DNA from: a virus | Lineage: Duplodnaviria; Caudoviricetes | Strand: one strand, 5' to 3' | Length of the DNA: 64,000 bases | IMG/VR virus record: IMGVR_UViG_3300032318_001123 | Span: 2,489-66,488 of that record | Part shown: positions 17,812-26,685 of the stretch, piece after piece | Position numbering within the stretch: the stretch's first letter is position 1 | Layout of the letters: every line of letters starts with the position of its first letter | Notes under the pieces: model-generated | Seen by the model: only the letters and a program-made list of their open reading frames with translations | Told to the model about the DNA's origin: nothing | Databases searched by the model: none | Made by a program: the position numbers and the translations under genes

Positions 17812-18009
17812 ATGTCCTACCATACAACAAAAGAGCGCAAAGGAACTACGGCGCAAGTCTGCGCTGCTGCATCTCTGCGCACGTTCGATCGGTTCCACGA
17901 TACTCCGTGGAATTGGCATCCAGAGCGCAAACTCTGGAAGTCTCGCCGCAAGCTGAAGCCTATGTCCTATCGGCAGCTTGTGGAATTCATGATGCACGAG
18001 CAACTCTAG
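17812..18009 (+). CDS. Hypothetical basic protein
   Basis: ORF track; co-oriented with early region. Confidence 0.5.
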   Translation: MSYHTTKERKGTTAQVCAAASLRTFDRFHDTPWNWHPERKLWKSRRKLKPMSYRQLVEFMMHEQL

Positions 18010-18077
18010 TCCATCTCGGCATCAAAACGGATTTCAAATCCGTAGGGGGAACAGAGTCCGCTGTCAGCCCTTTTGTC

Positions 18078-18587
18078 CTAGTCTGACAGAATCTCGGCAT
18101 CCTCGACCACTTCTGCGTCGACGATATCGGATTCAATGTCCAACTTAGTCACGGCACCTCCTGCAGTCTGCTGCAGCCAGCCAACATTCACGATCGTGCT
18201 CTTCGTGTTCTCGGCATCTTCGAGTCCCGCAGCCTTTCGTGCCATGCTATCCGCAATCTGGGCATCTTTCCACGTCCTCGGGGCTGGAAGGTTGGCTTCC
18301 CGCAGCGCGGAATTCGCCTTCTCAAACACCAATCGCCTGTGTGCAGACCCCTTGGTCTTCCAATCTTCTTCTAGCATGTCGGCAACTCTTTCTACCATTG
18401 CCTTCTCTAATGGCTGGCTGTCCGGTAACTTCCGGAGTTTATTCCAACCTGCCTTCCAAGTTTTGGTAGTGATGGTATCTCTGTTGATTTCAAACTTGTC
18501 CGCGATGTCATTCGTGGACATTCCAGCGAGATAACAAGTCTTAACAGCCAACCACGTCTCTTTCGGTATCCTAGGCTTTGATCCCAT
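18078..18587 (-). CDS. HTH protein, candidate terminase small subunit
   Basis: N-terminal HTH (CYLAGMSTNDIADKFEINRDTI), helical middle, acidic tail (IVDAEVVE). Confidence 0.5.
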   Translation of the reverse strand: MGSKPRIPKETWLAVKTCYLAGMSTNDIADKFEINRDTITTKTWKAGWNKLRKLPDSQPLEKAMVERVADMLEEDWKTKGSAHRRLVFEKANSALREANLPAPRTWKDAQIADSMARKAAGLEDAENTKSTIVNVGWLQQTAGGAVTKLDIESDIVDAEVVEDAEILSD

Positions 18588-18596
18588 GAACCCTTG

Positions 18597-18625
18597 AACC
18601 TAGGAACATCCAACCAAGGAGTCAA
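18597..18625 (-). promoter_or_regulatory. sigma70-like promoter for HTH gene (nearly leaderless)
   Basis: TTGACT-N17-TAGGTT, 9 nt before ATG. Confidence 0.55.
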
Positions 18626-18627
18626 CA

Positions 18628-18662
18628 ACTTTCCCGCGAGTCTGCCCTCGCACAATAGAAAA
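18628..18662 (+). repeat. 35-bp direct repeat, copy 1
   Basis: ACTTTCCCGCGAGTCTGCCCTCGCACAATAGAAAA, identical to 18897-18931. Confidence 0.95.
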
Positions 18663-18670
18663 GTAAAACC

Positions 18671-18895
18671 ATGCCCGAAGAAATTAAAATCAACACTCCC
18701 GCAGGTGCGCTGGAAGGTCTTATCGGGGCCGTCTATTCCGACGAATACACGCGCCAGCAGAAAGTCGAATTGATGGATCACATCATCGAAACCTTTCAGA
18801 AACTGCGTCACGGTGAAATCACCCTCATCGAGATCGAAGCCGAAACCGACTTCGATCTGGAACCGATCTGCCCCGAGTGCGGTTGCCGTCACTAA
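18671..18895 (+). CDS. Hypothetical acidic protein with C-terminal CxxCxC
   Basis: ORF lying between the two repeat copies. Confidence 0.7.
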   Translation: MPEEIKINTPAGALEGLIGAVYSDEYTRQQKVELMDHIIETFQKLRHGEITLIEIEAETDFDLEPICPECGCRH

Positions 18896-18896
18896 C

Positions 18897-18931
18897 ACTT
18901 TCCCGCGAGTCTGCCCTCGCACAATAGAAAA
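18897..18931 (+). repeat. 35-bp direct repeat, copy 2
   Basis: Identical to 18628-18662. Confidence 0.95.
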
Positions 18932-18943
18932 CCAACAACACAA

Positions 18944-19291
18944 GTGAAAACCAAAACACCTCACGGAATCCCATACAAAGACGCATCCCACTACTATGGT
19001 AAATGCGGAGCCTACTTCCAGCGCATCGAATTCGAGAACGGCTACGCCGTCTCCATCGTGTCGCACAAGTTTAGTTACGGAGGCCATGACGGCAACTTCG
19101 AGATCGCCGTGCTCCGCGCCGATACCGGAGAGATCATCTACGACAGCCCAATCACCAATGACGTGCTCGGACACTTGAACTTCGCCGAAGTCGGTGCAGT
19201 CATAGCCAAGGTCCACGCCTTGCCCAAGCGTTGCTTCAACTGCAACCCTCCGGTCGGATCGCCCGGATACAATGGCCACAGCGACTACTAA
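18944..19291 (+). CDS. Conserved phage hypothetical protein
   Basis: FENGY.VS....SYGG..G.FEIAVL...YD.PITNDV.G pattern familiar from small phage proteins. Confidence 0.7.
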   Translation: MKTKTPHGIPYKDASHYYGKCGAYFQRIEFENGYAVSIVSHKFSYGGHDGNFEIAVLRADTGEIIYDSPITNDVLGHLNFAEVGAVIAKVHALPKRCFNCNPPVGSPGYNGHSDY

Positions 19292-19311
19292 ACCACCGCA
19301 ACGACACAACT

Positions 19312-19527
19312 ATGAAAACAGACCTAATGAAACGAGTGGAAGAACTGATGAGGCGGCAGAGCGAACACGTGCTCCGCTGCATCACCATCCGCACCAACGA
19401 TGGCACAAACCAGTGCCAACCCGCGAACGCTTGGATGAAGATCATCAACCGCATTACCAACCGCCGCATCGACGAGACGCTGACGCCCATCGCATGGGCC
19501 AGAATCTCCAACGCAACAACCAAGTAA
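19312..19527 (+). CDS. Hypothetical protein
   Basis: ATG after CA-rich leader (MKTDLMKR...). Confidence 0.6.
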   Translation: MKTDLMKRVEELMRRQSEHVLRCITIRTNDGTNQCQPANAWMKIINRITNRRIDETLTPIAWARISNATTK

Positions 19528-19531
19528 TACT

Positions 19532-19762
19532 ATGCCAATCCTGCCGCCCGACGATCCCCGCGCTATCCGTGGTATGCGATCACCTATCCCCAAGATGGCG
19601 AAGCAATACGTTCTCACCTTTGAGGAGTGGGGACCGCCATGCGAAGAACACGACAACGAATGCCCCTGCTGCATAGCGTGGGGCATCTACGACGAGACGC
19701 TCAAATGCCCAACGGTGGGCGAAGTTCTCGACAAACACAACACAACCACAACAACCAAGTAA
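19532..19762 (+). CDS. Hypothetical protein with Cys cluster
   Basis: C....ECPCC..W motif. Confidence 0.6.
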   Translation: MPILPPDDPRAIRGMRSPIPKMAKQYVLTFEEWGPPCEEHDNECPCCIAWGIYDETLKCPTVGEVLDKHNTTTTTK

Positions 19763-19763
19763 C

Positions 19764-19988
19764 ATGGACGCAGACACCATACTCCATAAAGTTATAGAAA
19801 CCATCAGTTCCAAGGGTGTGCCCGACGAATACTTCGACACCTACTGCGAACTGGCCGAACGTGCCTTGGCCATAATCCAAGATACGGACAACCACCACGA
19901 CCACTGCGCCTTGGTCGCTCGGCTCATGCTAACCATGAGCCTCAACCTCAACGGACAGGGGACGCAGCCCCTGTTCTCGCTCAACTAA
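19764..19988 (+). CDS. Hypothetical protein
   Basis: Tightly packed in operon. Confidence 0.6.
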   Translation: MDADTILHKVIETISSKGVPDEYFDTYCELAERALAIIQDTDNHHDHCALVARLMLTMSLNLNGQGTQPLFSLN

Positions 19989-20001
19989 ACACACAACACC
20001 A

Positions 20002-20613
20002 ATGAAACTAGCATACTCAACACCATGGGGTGCAACCAACGCATGGTTCAATCGGCTCATAGAAAATCCCAAGGAACCTTGGCACGGCTTCCTCGACGTT
20101 TACTCGCCGAAGCGCAAGCTCTACGCCAAGGGACCGACGATCTATTCGTATGGGAACCACTTTCCCTTGATCCGTTGGATACCCGAATACAAAGCGTTCA
20201 CCATCAACATCGACACGTATTCGCAGACCACGTCTCGGCATCAGAATGTAGTCAAGCAACTCGCTCGGCAGTATGCCCCGATCATGCGCTCCATAGCCAA
20301 CTCTGGCGGGTTCGGAGAGGTCAAAGTATTTCGCTTGGATTACAGCAACTGCTGGCTCCCCGAACTGCACAGCGACGAAATACTGGCCTACTACAATGAG
20401 CAAATACGGCACTTCGCTTTCAAGACAAAGCGGGCGCGGTCTGACTGGAGTAGACAGCACAACTTGCGACAGGCCGAGGGTTGGATCACCGAGCGCAATG
20501 AGTTTATCGGTCGCTTTGCCATCCCGCTCTCGCAGCGCGGCGTGGAGAACGCACTACAACTTCCCGAGGACGTAACAGCGGCCCTCGTTCTGATGAAACT
20601 GATGGAGAAATAA
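20002..20613 (+). CDS. Conserved phage hypothetical protein
   Basis: IYSYGNHFP ... YSQTTSRHQ motif. Confidence 0.7.
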   Translation: MKLAYSTPWGATNAWFNRLIENPKEPWHGFLDVYSPKRKLYAKGPTIYSYGNHFPLIRWIPEYKAFTINIDTYSQTTSRHQNVVKQLARQYAPIMRSIANSGGFGEVKVFRLDYSNCWLPELHSDEILAYYNEQIRHFAFKTKRARSDWSRQHNLRQAEGWITERNEFIGRFAIPLSQRGVENALQLPEDVTAALVLMKLMEK

Positions 20614-20615
20614 CC

Positions 20616-20714
20616 ATGAAGATAAACCAACACACACTCGAAGCAATCCTAGTCCTTGGACTCCTGCTCCTTGGATTCATGCAACTCGTGAACTATTTGA
20701 TCCCGACACCATAA
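20616..20714 (+). CDS. 32-aa membrane peptide
   Basis: MKINQHTLEAILVLGLLLLGFMQLVNYLIPTP; fills the gap between neighbours; not in track. Confidence 0.55.
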   Translation: MKINQHTLEAILVLGLLLLGFMQLVNYLIPTP

Positions 20715-20719
20715 TCACC

Positions 20720-20905
20720 ATGAAATACACAACCTACGACATCAGCGTCACGCTCAAGCCGATCACCATCAAGCTTGAGGTGCCCAACGAAACATCGTGC
20801 GAAGAGATGCACAACATCATTCTTGGGGAGATCTACCGCAAGCTAGACTCCCCCATACCACCGGTTCACCTCGACAAAGTATGCTTGCGAATAGCAAAGG
20901 AGTAA
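20720..20905 (+). CDS. Hypothetical protein
   Basis: In operon. Confidence 0.6.
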   Translation: MKYTTYDISVTLKPITIKLEVPNETSCEEMHNIILGEIYRKLDSPIPPVHLDKVCLRIAKE

Positions 20906-20909
20906 ACAC

Positions 20910-21122
20910 ATGGAAGACAACATCAAAGCACTGCTGACCACGCTGCGCGAACTCTCCGACATCATAGAGATGGATGTCCCTATGCGGGAGAGATCACGCC
21001 GCCTCAACAACACACTGGCCTACGCCATGGAACTCGCCGAGTCGGTCGAGGAACGTCCGATCCGCGAAAGCATCAACCTTGAACCCTTGACCCCTTGCAC
21101 CTGTGAAACTGCAACTATTTGA
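20910..21122 (+). CDS. Hypothetical protein
   Basis: AAGGAG RBS; in operon. Confidence 0.6.
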   Translation: MEDNIKALLTTLRELSDIIEMDVPMRERSRRLNNTLAYAMELAESVEERPIRESINLEPLTPCTCETATI

Positions 21123-21288
21123 ACGCAACGTCTACGGACGGCAGACCATCTATCCGGTCGGCGATCTGGCCAAGCCCCTTGAGGTATTGACCCGCCGCAA
21201 AACTATCGACCATCGCGATCTCGACGCGCTGGTTGCCCTAGGTATCGAGATCGAGTGGATGAAAGACCCACGGAGTATACAACAATGA
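21103..21288 (+). CDS. Conserved small phage protein
   Basis: NVYGRQTIYP ... KTI...L..LG motif. Confidence 0.6.
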   Translation: MKLQLFERNVYGRQTIYPVGDLAKPLEVLTRRKTIDHRDLDALVALGIEIEWMKDPRSIQQ

Positions 21289-21998
21289 AGAAACAAAAAC
21301 GTGCCAAGTTAGTATTCAGTAACTACGCCTGTCTGCGAGAGTGGGTCTGGCGAACAACCGAGTCCGAAGATCCGGACACCGATCCCAGTCTCCTCGTCAA
21401 GACGGCTGAATCGGGATGCGATGTTGCCCCCCAATGGAAGCGTATGAAAAATAACATCGACTGGGAGTATGTCAGCATGCACCCATGCGGCGGTCCCGTC
21501 CGTAAGATCGAATCGTTCGGTCGCCTTATCAAGACCTACGATTCATTCCCGCTGGCCAAGTTCTTGGGCAACAAGGACAATCCGTTCTGGTTAATCAACT
21601 ATAACGGAGCGGACAGCGTGACATCGCGATGCCGTAAAGATCTGTTTACTATTCTAGTGAATGACTTCCGGCCTAAACAAGTCCACGAAAGCAGCACCGA
21701 TCAGTTCGCGTTTGTTCTGGAACCTCTGTTCCATGTCACGGCTGACAACATACACCGCAACTGGCAGGGCTATGTCGACTCCTTTATCGAACGGATAGAG
21801 GAGATCGGGAAACGATGCAACACATGGTTATCCTCGCACTCGGAGCTAGCGTTCCAGAGTGTAGCTAGGGAATACGTTCAACTCGGTAGGTATGTAGGCA
21901 AGTCAGCCATATCTATCGCCGACTTGGCCGAACATGTCACCAAAGCTAGAGACAACCTCAACGCACAGAAAGTTCTGCGCAAACTCAAGGAGAAATAA
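21285..21998 (+). CDS. Hypothetical protein
   Basis: Start adjusted to ATGA overlap at 21285. Confidence 0.7.
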   Translation: MKKQKRAKLVFSNYACLREWVWRTTESEDPDTDPSLLVKTAESGCDVAPQWKRMKNNIDWEYVSMHPCGGPVRKIESFGRLIKTYDSFPLAKFLGNKDNPFWLINYNGADSVTSRCRKDLFTILVNDFRPKQVHESSTDQFAFVLEPLFHVTADNIHRNWQGYVDSFIERIEEIGKRCNTWLSSHSELAFQSVAREYVQLGRYVGKSAISIADLAEHVTKARDNLNAQKVLRKLKEK

Positions 21999-22000
21999 CA

Positions 22001-22465
22001 ATGAAGAAACCAAAGAAACCCAAAGTAAAGAAACCCACGAAGAAAGAACTCAATGCATTCGCCGCGCTCGCGGTGACGGCGAAGCTGCGAGACAAGGAAA
22101 TCACAGCATTCGCAACGCTGCTGGAGTTGTTTAAGAAAGGAGTCCGTCACATTGACGCCGAGTTCTCTGGTTCCGGAGACAGCGGCGATCTATATGGGTT
22201 GGACTTCTACCCAGACAAAGATACGAAAGGATATAACGATACCATAGACGTTGAGGATACAAAGGTAGAAGCCCTACGTGAGTGGGTATGTGAACTATTC
22301 GAATCCAACGTAACCTGCGATTGGGTTAACAACGATGGTGGTGGGGGACACGTCCTTATCGACCTTCCCGACCTCAAGACAACGATAACGTCCTACTGGA
22401 ACGAAACCGTCAGCAATACTTGCGAGGATGTCGAACTCAACTTGAACCCCTGTGCCGAGGAATAA
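22001..22465 (+). CDS. DUF6878-like protein
   Basis: AEFSGSGDSG ... DWVNNDGGGG motifs. Confidence 0.65.
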   Translation: MKKPKKPKVKKPTKKELNAFAALAVTAKLRDKEITAFATLLELFKKGVRHIDAEFSGSGDSGDLYGLDFYPDKDTKGYNDTIDVEDTKVEALREWVCELFESNVTCDWVNNDGGGGHVLIDLPDLKTTITSYWNETVSNTCEDVELNLNPCAEE

Positions 22466-22466
22466 T

Positions 22467-22868
22467 ATGCACCCATACTACCATGCCCTGTCCAGCGTCC
22501 GTAAGTTCGGAGGTAGGCCCGAGGATTATCTGGCCATCCACCACTGGTTCGATGAATCCAAGCAGTTCTTCGCGAACTTCCGTCACCGCGCCCTGCGTCA
22601 CCATGCGCAGGGTATCTACGAATGCGAGAAGGTATTCGGAACAACCATCACCAACTCCCATGGTCGTGTGTTACCCACACGATACATTGGGGAGCAGCAT
22701 GTGACCGAGGATATCGGACACATCCCATCGCTGCAGGACTGGCTGTCCGGTATCCCCGCGCAACCGTGGATGCACAATCGTCCGCAAGATACCGACAAGG
22801 ATATTGCGGAGGAGTCAGTAAGTAAGAAAGTCACAGTCACCAAGAAAATAAACCTACTCAAAAAGTAA
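22467..22868 (+). CDS. DUF6915-like His-rich protein
   Basis: MHPYYHALSS..KFGG..EDY..IH.WFD.SK, RHRALRHH, GEQHV.ED.G.IP...DW. Confidence 0.75.
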   Translation: MHPYYHALSSVRKFGGRPEDYLAIHHWFDESKQFFANFRHRALRHHAQGIYECEKVFGTTITNSHGRVLPTRYIGEQHVTEDIGHIPSLQDWLSGIPAQPWMHNRPQDTDKDIAEESVSKKVTVTKKINLLKK

Positions 22869-22916
22869 TTTCGCTGGTATGCCCCAGCACCAACAACACA
22901 ACACAACACAAAACAT

Positions 22917-23963
22917 ATGAGCAAAACTAACTCAACTCAGATCACCATCAAGCCGTCCGAACTCATTGAGGTTCTCGAACATTGCTTGATCTCCAACCTC
23001 GTGCCCTTCATCCAAGCCCCTCCGGGTGTTGGCAAGAGCACGGTCACCCGCCAGTTCGCGGATACCCAGACTCGCAGGTTCTTCGATACCCGCTTGTCCT
23101 ACGCTGCGCCGACTGACGTTCGCGGCTTCCCCTACCTTGACCGGACGGGGACTGCGCCAGTCATGCGGTTCGGTGTGCCGAGCGACTACCCGACCGAAGC
23201 TGGCAACATCTGGCTGCTCGACGAGTTCCCTTGCGCACCGAAGGCTACGCAAAACGCCAGCCTTCAGTTGCTGCTCGACCGCTGCATTGGCGACTACCAA
23301 GTCCCCGACGACACGCTGATCGTCCTCGCTGGCAACCGCGCCATGGATCGCGCTCACGTCGAGCGTATCTCCAGCGCAACACAGAACCGCTTGGTCGACA
23401 TCACCATGCGTGTCGACACCGACGAGTGGACTAGCTGGGCCTTGGGTGCGAACCTCAACCCCATGATCATCGCCTATCTGCAGATGTGCCCCGGCCATCT
23501 GTCGGACTTCAACGGCGCGGAGTGGCAGGGCGGTGCGTTCGCATCTCCCCGCTCGTGGGAGTTCGTCTCCAAGTTCTTGTCCAATGGCAAGAAGTCCACG
23601 GCCAGCGTCCGCTCGGCCATCATCGCTGGCCTTGTCGGCCCCGCGATCGGTGCCCAGTTCGCTGGGTTCTGCTCTGTCTACAACGACCTGCCCGATGTCA
23701 ACGCCATCTTGATGACGCCCGACACGGCTGACGTTCCGACCGAGCCGTCCGTTCAGTATGCCTTGTCTGTCGCCTTGTCCAACAAGTCGACGGCCAAGAA
23801 CTTCGACCGCGTCCTCCGCTACGTGACCCGCTTGCCCAAGCCTGTCGAGGTCTTGTGCGTCAAGCTCGCCATGCAGCAGAAGACCGGACCCGATGCTCCG
23901 TTCAAGAATCCCGCGTTCCAACGCTGGGCCTCTGACAACAGCAGCGTGATCCTCGGAGCCTAG
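22917..23963 (+). CDS. MoxR/dynein-related AAA+ ATPase
   Basis: Walker A APPGVGKS, DTRLS, Walker B LLDEF, AGNR, SATQNR. Confidence 0.85.
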   Translation: MSKTNSTQITIKPSELIEVLEHCLISNLVPFIQAPPGVGKSTVTRQFADTQTRRFFDTRLSYAAPTDVRGFPYLDRTGTAPVMRFGVPSDYPTEAGNIWLLDEFPCAPKATQNASLQLLLDRCIGDYQVPDDTLIVLAGNRAMDRAHVERISSATQNRLVDITMRVDTDEWTSWALGANLNPMIIAYLQMCPGHLSDFNGAEWQGGAFASPRSWEFVSKFLSNGKKSTASVRSAIIAGLVGPAIGAQFAGFCSVYNDLPDVNAILMTPDTADVPTEPSVQYALSVALSNKSTAKNFDRVLRYVTRLPKPVEVLCVKLAMQQKTGPDAPFKNPAFQRWASDNSSVILGA

Positions 23964-23974
23964 GAACCCTTGAT

Positions 23975-24004
23975 CCCCTGCAGCAGCTAACCCTGTTGCA
24001 GGGG
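23975..24004 (+). terminator. 12-bp hairpin after AAA gene (terminator or stabiliser)
   Basis: CCCCTGCAGCAG / CTGTTGCAGGGG; no clear U-tract. Confidence 0.4.
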
Positions 24005-24015
24005 ATTACTCCACC

Positions 24016-24156
24016 ATGGAAACCATAAACGCAATAATAACCTTCCTCGCATCCTATTCGGTCGTGACCCTCGCCTCTATGGTGTCGGTCGCTGTCCGTG
24101 TCTGGGTTGTCATCGAAGTCATCAAAGCCACATCAATCCTTAACTATATCAAGTAA
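24016..24156 (+). CDS. 46-aa membrane peptide
   Basis: METINAIITFLASYSVVTLASMVSVAVRVWVVIEVIKATSILNYIK; TAATG coupling to next ORF; not in track. Confidence 0.55.
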   Translation: METINAIITFLASYSVVTLASMVSVAVRVWVVIEVIKATSILNYIK

Positions 24157-24338
24157 TGAGCAACAACATAACAAGTCCAAGCAAAGTAAAGAAATACATC
24201 CTCGAGTTCGCCAAGGAGAACCGAGCACACGAGTTCACAAGGGTAAGTCAACTTACTCTCGACAAGGTAGAGGCAGCAGCACGTTCCGCAGCCCGAGCCG
24301 CCGTCACATCAGCACCATCGAAAGGAAAAACACTATGA
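24156..24338 (+). CDS. Small basic protein
   Basis: Coupled on both sides (TAATG, ATGA). Confidence 0.7.
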   Translation: MSNNITSPSKVKKYILEFAKENRAHEFTRVSQLTLDKVEAAARSAARAAVTSAPSKGKTL

Positions 24339-25522
24339 GTAACACCAGCACAAAACCACGTAAGAAAGCCAACGCCAACGACGAAGCCGCTAGGGTAGAG
24401 AAGTCCGTAGTCAAGATGGTCCTCGACCATCCGTTCTTCGCCGCACTCGCCCTCAAGATGCGGGTCGTGCAGGACTACAAAGTCCCCACGTTCTGCGTCG
24501 ACGGAGTCCACATGAAATACAATCCGGACTTCTGCGCCACGCTCGACGATACCGAACTGCTCACCGTGCTCGGCCACGAGGTCTTGCACTTGGCGTTCGG
24601 CCATCTGTGGCGCAAGGGTAATCGCAGCATGAAGAAGTGGAACTACGCCACGGACTACGTCATCAACAACTACCTCATGAAATACAATGAGGATGAGGTC
24701 GCCGCTGGTAGGGTCGGCCCGTTCAAGCTACCGCAGGGTGGTTTGCTCGACCCGAAGTATGACGGCATGGCAGAGGAGGAGGTCTACAATCTCCTACCCG
24801 AGCCTCCCGAAGGTGAAGGCGGCGGTGGCGGTGGTGATGGCGATGGCGGCATGGGTGACTTCACCGACCCAGTCGACGGCGAGGGAAACACCGAGGAGGA
24901 CTGGCGTCAACGTGCAGTCGAGGGTGTCAACGCAGCCAAGCTCCGTGGTCGTGAGTCTGGCAGCATGACCCGCGCCATCGAGCGTCACCTCAAGGGCACA
25001 CAAGACTGGCGCGAGATTCTCCGCGAGTTGTTGTCTGCTCCTGCCAACGATGACTACGACGAGACGCGGCCCGATCGCCGCTTCATGGAGGATGACATCT
25101 TCCTGCCAACGTTGTATAGCGAGCGTGTCGGAACGTTCGTCGTTGCCGTCGACACGTCCGGTTCGGTCACTCCCGACCTGCTCGACAAGTTCATGGCCGA
25201 GGTTCAATACTGCTTGGACACCGTCAAGCCAGAGAAGATCATCGTCATAGACTGCGATGCCGCAATCAACCAAGAGCGTGAGTTCGCCTATGGCGATAAC
25301 GTCCGCGACTTCACTCTCAAGGGTGGTGGTGGCACGGACTTCCGCCCTGTGTTCGACAGGGTCAAGTCTCTGGCAGACTCACCCGAAGCGGTGGTCTACT
25401 TCACCGATGGCTATGGTGCCTTCCCCGACAGCCCTCCCGATTACCCTGTGATCTGGGTGGACTACGGCGGCACCGACTATCCGTTCGGCGAGGTAGTTAG
25501 AATCAACAGCGCAGACAAATAG
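24335..25522 (+). CDS. Zincin metallopeptidase + vWA domain protein (DUF2201-like)
   Basis: HEVLH (HExxH), Gly/Glu linker, MIDAS DTSGS, GGGTDF, YFTDG; start adjusted to 24335. Confidence 0.85.
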   Translation: MSNTSTKPRKKANANDEAARVEKSVVKMVLDHPFFAALALKMRVVQDYKVPTFCVDGVHMKYNPDFCATLDDTELLTVLGHEVLHLAFGHLWRKGNRSMKKWNYATDYVINNYLMKYNEDEVAAGRVGPFKLPQGGLLDPKYDGMAEEEVYNLLPEPPEGEGGGGGGDGDGGMGDFTDPVDGEGNTEEDWRQRAVEGVNAAKLRGRESGSMTRAIERHLKGTQDWREILRELLSAPANDDYDETRPDRRFMEDDIFLPTLYSERVGTFVVAVDTSGSVTPDLLDKFMAEVQYCLDTVKPEKIIVIDCDAAINQEREFAYGDNVRDFTLKGGGGTDFRPVFDRVKSLADSPEAVVYFTDGYGAFPDSPPDYPVIWVDYGGTDYPFGEVVRINSADK

Positions 25523-25680
25523 TAACAATCAGACAAGCCATGAGTGTCTCGGGCCTGCCGACAGGTTCTCACACTACGATCCTTTGTTGTTGGGGATCGC
25601 CGTGAGATGTAGTCCTTCGGTCTTTCATTGACAGCGTATCCTTCCGCTGCTGGCAAACCTTGGTAGAAGGAACTTAACCA

Positions 25681-25720
25681 CAAACACAAACACAAATACA
25701 AATACAAATACAAATACAAA
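25681..25720 (+). repeat. (CAAACA)2(CAAATA)4 microsatellite in translation leader
   Basis: Directly visible upstream of AAGGAG and ATG 25733. Confidence 0.9.
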
Positions 25721-25732
25721 GGAGATACACAT

Positions 25733-26401
25733 ATGAACGTTAGAATATCAGGCGAACTGCAGAGCGATGTCCGCTCGCATATCAACAGCATGAGACTCAA
25801 AGATCTCCAGCTTCAGCTGGGGTCTTCGGAACAAGACAAATTATTCTGCATCAGCGGCTCAAGCACAGAGCTTCTCAATCTGGTATGGGGTAAACACCTA
25901 CACTTAAAGTCGCAGATGCCAACGGAATGGATGAAAGATCTATGCAAAGAATACAGGCCGCACATCTGGATTAGAGTTCAATGGGACCAACTTACAACGG
26001 AACCCAAGTCGAAGAAGTTTCAAGTATATGTCCTGCATGGGGGATCATTCTTAGTTCCACCGCGAATGCAGTCTGGTAGCGAATTCTCTGTTAGGAAAGA
26101 AGATCTTACCGGAGATCTAAAACGTATCAACGATCTAAACGATCAGTGGGATGAGCTTTGTGCGAAGTGGACGAAGATATCCTCGGATGTCATCACCTAT
26201 CTTAAGTCAGCCAAGTCCCTCAACTCGGCCCTTAAGAACTGGCCCGAACTCAAGGCGTTCATCCCGCAGGAATACTTGGATCGTGTGGCTACGAAACCGG
26301 AGCGCACTGCCGAGCGGAAGAAAGCCGAGGAGGCTCTGGCCAACATCGACCGCAACCTCGCTGTTACCAGCGCGACCATGGTCAAGTTGGCTACCACATG
26401 A
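25733..26401 (+). CDS. Nmad5-like helical protein
   Basis: C-terminal L.SAKSL..AL..WPEL...IP pattern. Confidence 0.5.
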   Translation: MNVRISGELQSDVRSHINSMRLKDLQLQLGSSEQDKLFCISGSSTELLNLVWGKHLHLKSQMPTEWMKDLCKEYRPHIWIRVQWDQLTTEPKSKKFQVYVLHGGSFLVPPRMQSGSEFSVRKEDLTGDLKRINDLNDQWDELCAKWTKISSDVITYLKSAKSLNSALKNWPELKAFIPQEYLDRVATKPERTAERKKAEEALANIDRNLAVTSATMVKLATT

Positions 26402-26685
26402 GCGACCAAGAGCCAGTAGATTCTACGGCGATGCTTCGCCTGTCAGTCATTCGCCTCATCCTAGCCAACAACTTCGATGACTGCGAAATAATAAAATGTC
26501 TGGATACAAAGACGGGGGATACATGCAACGTGCTGTTCCTCCCCGCTATGGATCCCGACGATGGTGACGTGTATATGACGCCAGCATTTGCAATCCCAGA
26601 ATCAGATATATCTGAGCAGGAGAGTAGATACTTGCCAGTAGATACGTTACCAAGAACCAACCTAACCAACTTCAAGAATAACTAA
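26398..26685 (+). CDS. Hypothetical acidic protein
   Basis: ATGA overlap. Confidence 0.6.
   Translation: MSDQEPVDSTAMLRLSVIRLILANNFDDCEIIKCLDTKTGDTCNVLFLPAMDPDDGDVYMTPAFAIPESDISEQESRYLPVDTLPRTNLTNFKNN

Noticed and set aside
18628-18931. 35-bp repeat pair as a mini CRISPR array
   Set aside because: Only two copies, and the 234-bp interval holds a whole gene; the Cas4-like domain is a replication-type nuclease with no other cas genes
22932-23921. 329-aa minus-strand ORF over the AAA ATPase (similar shadows at 18407-19309, 26672-27424 and 61934-63007)
   Set aside because: Typical stop-free antisense frame of GC3-rich genes; no motifs, no RBS
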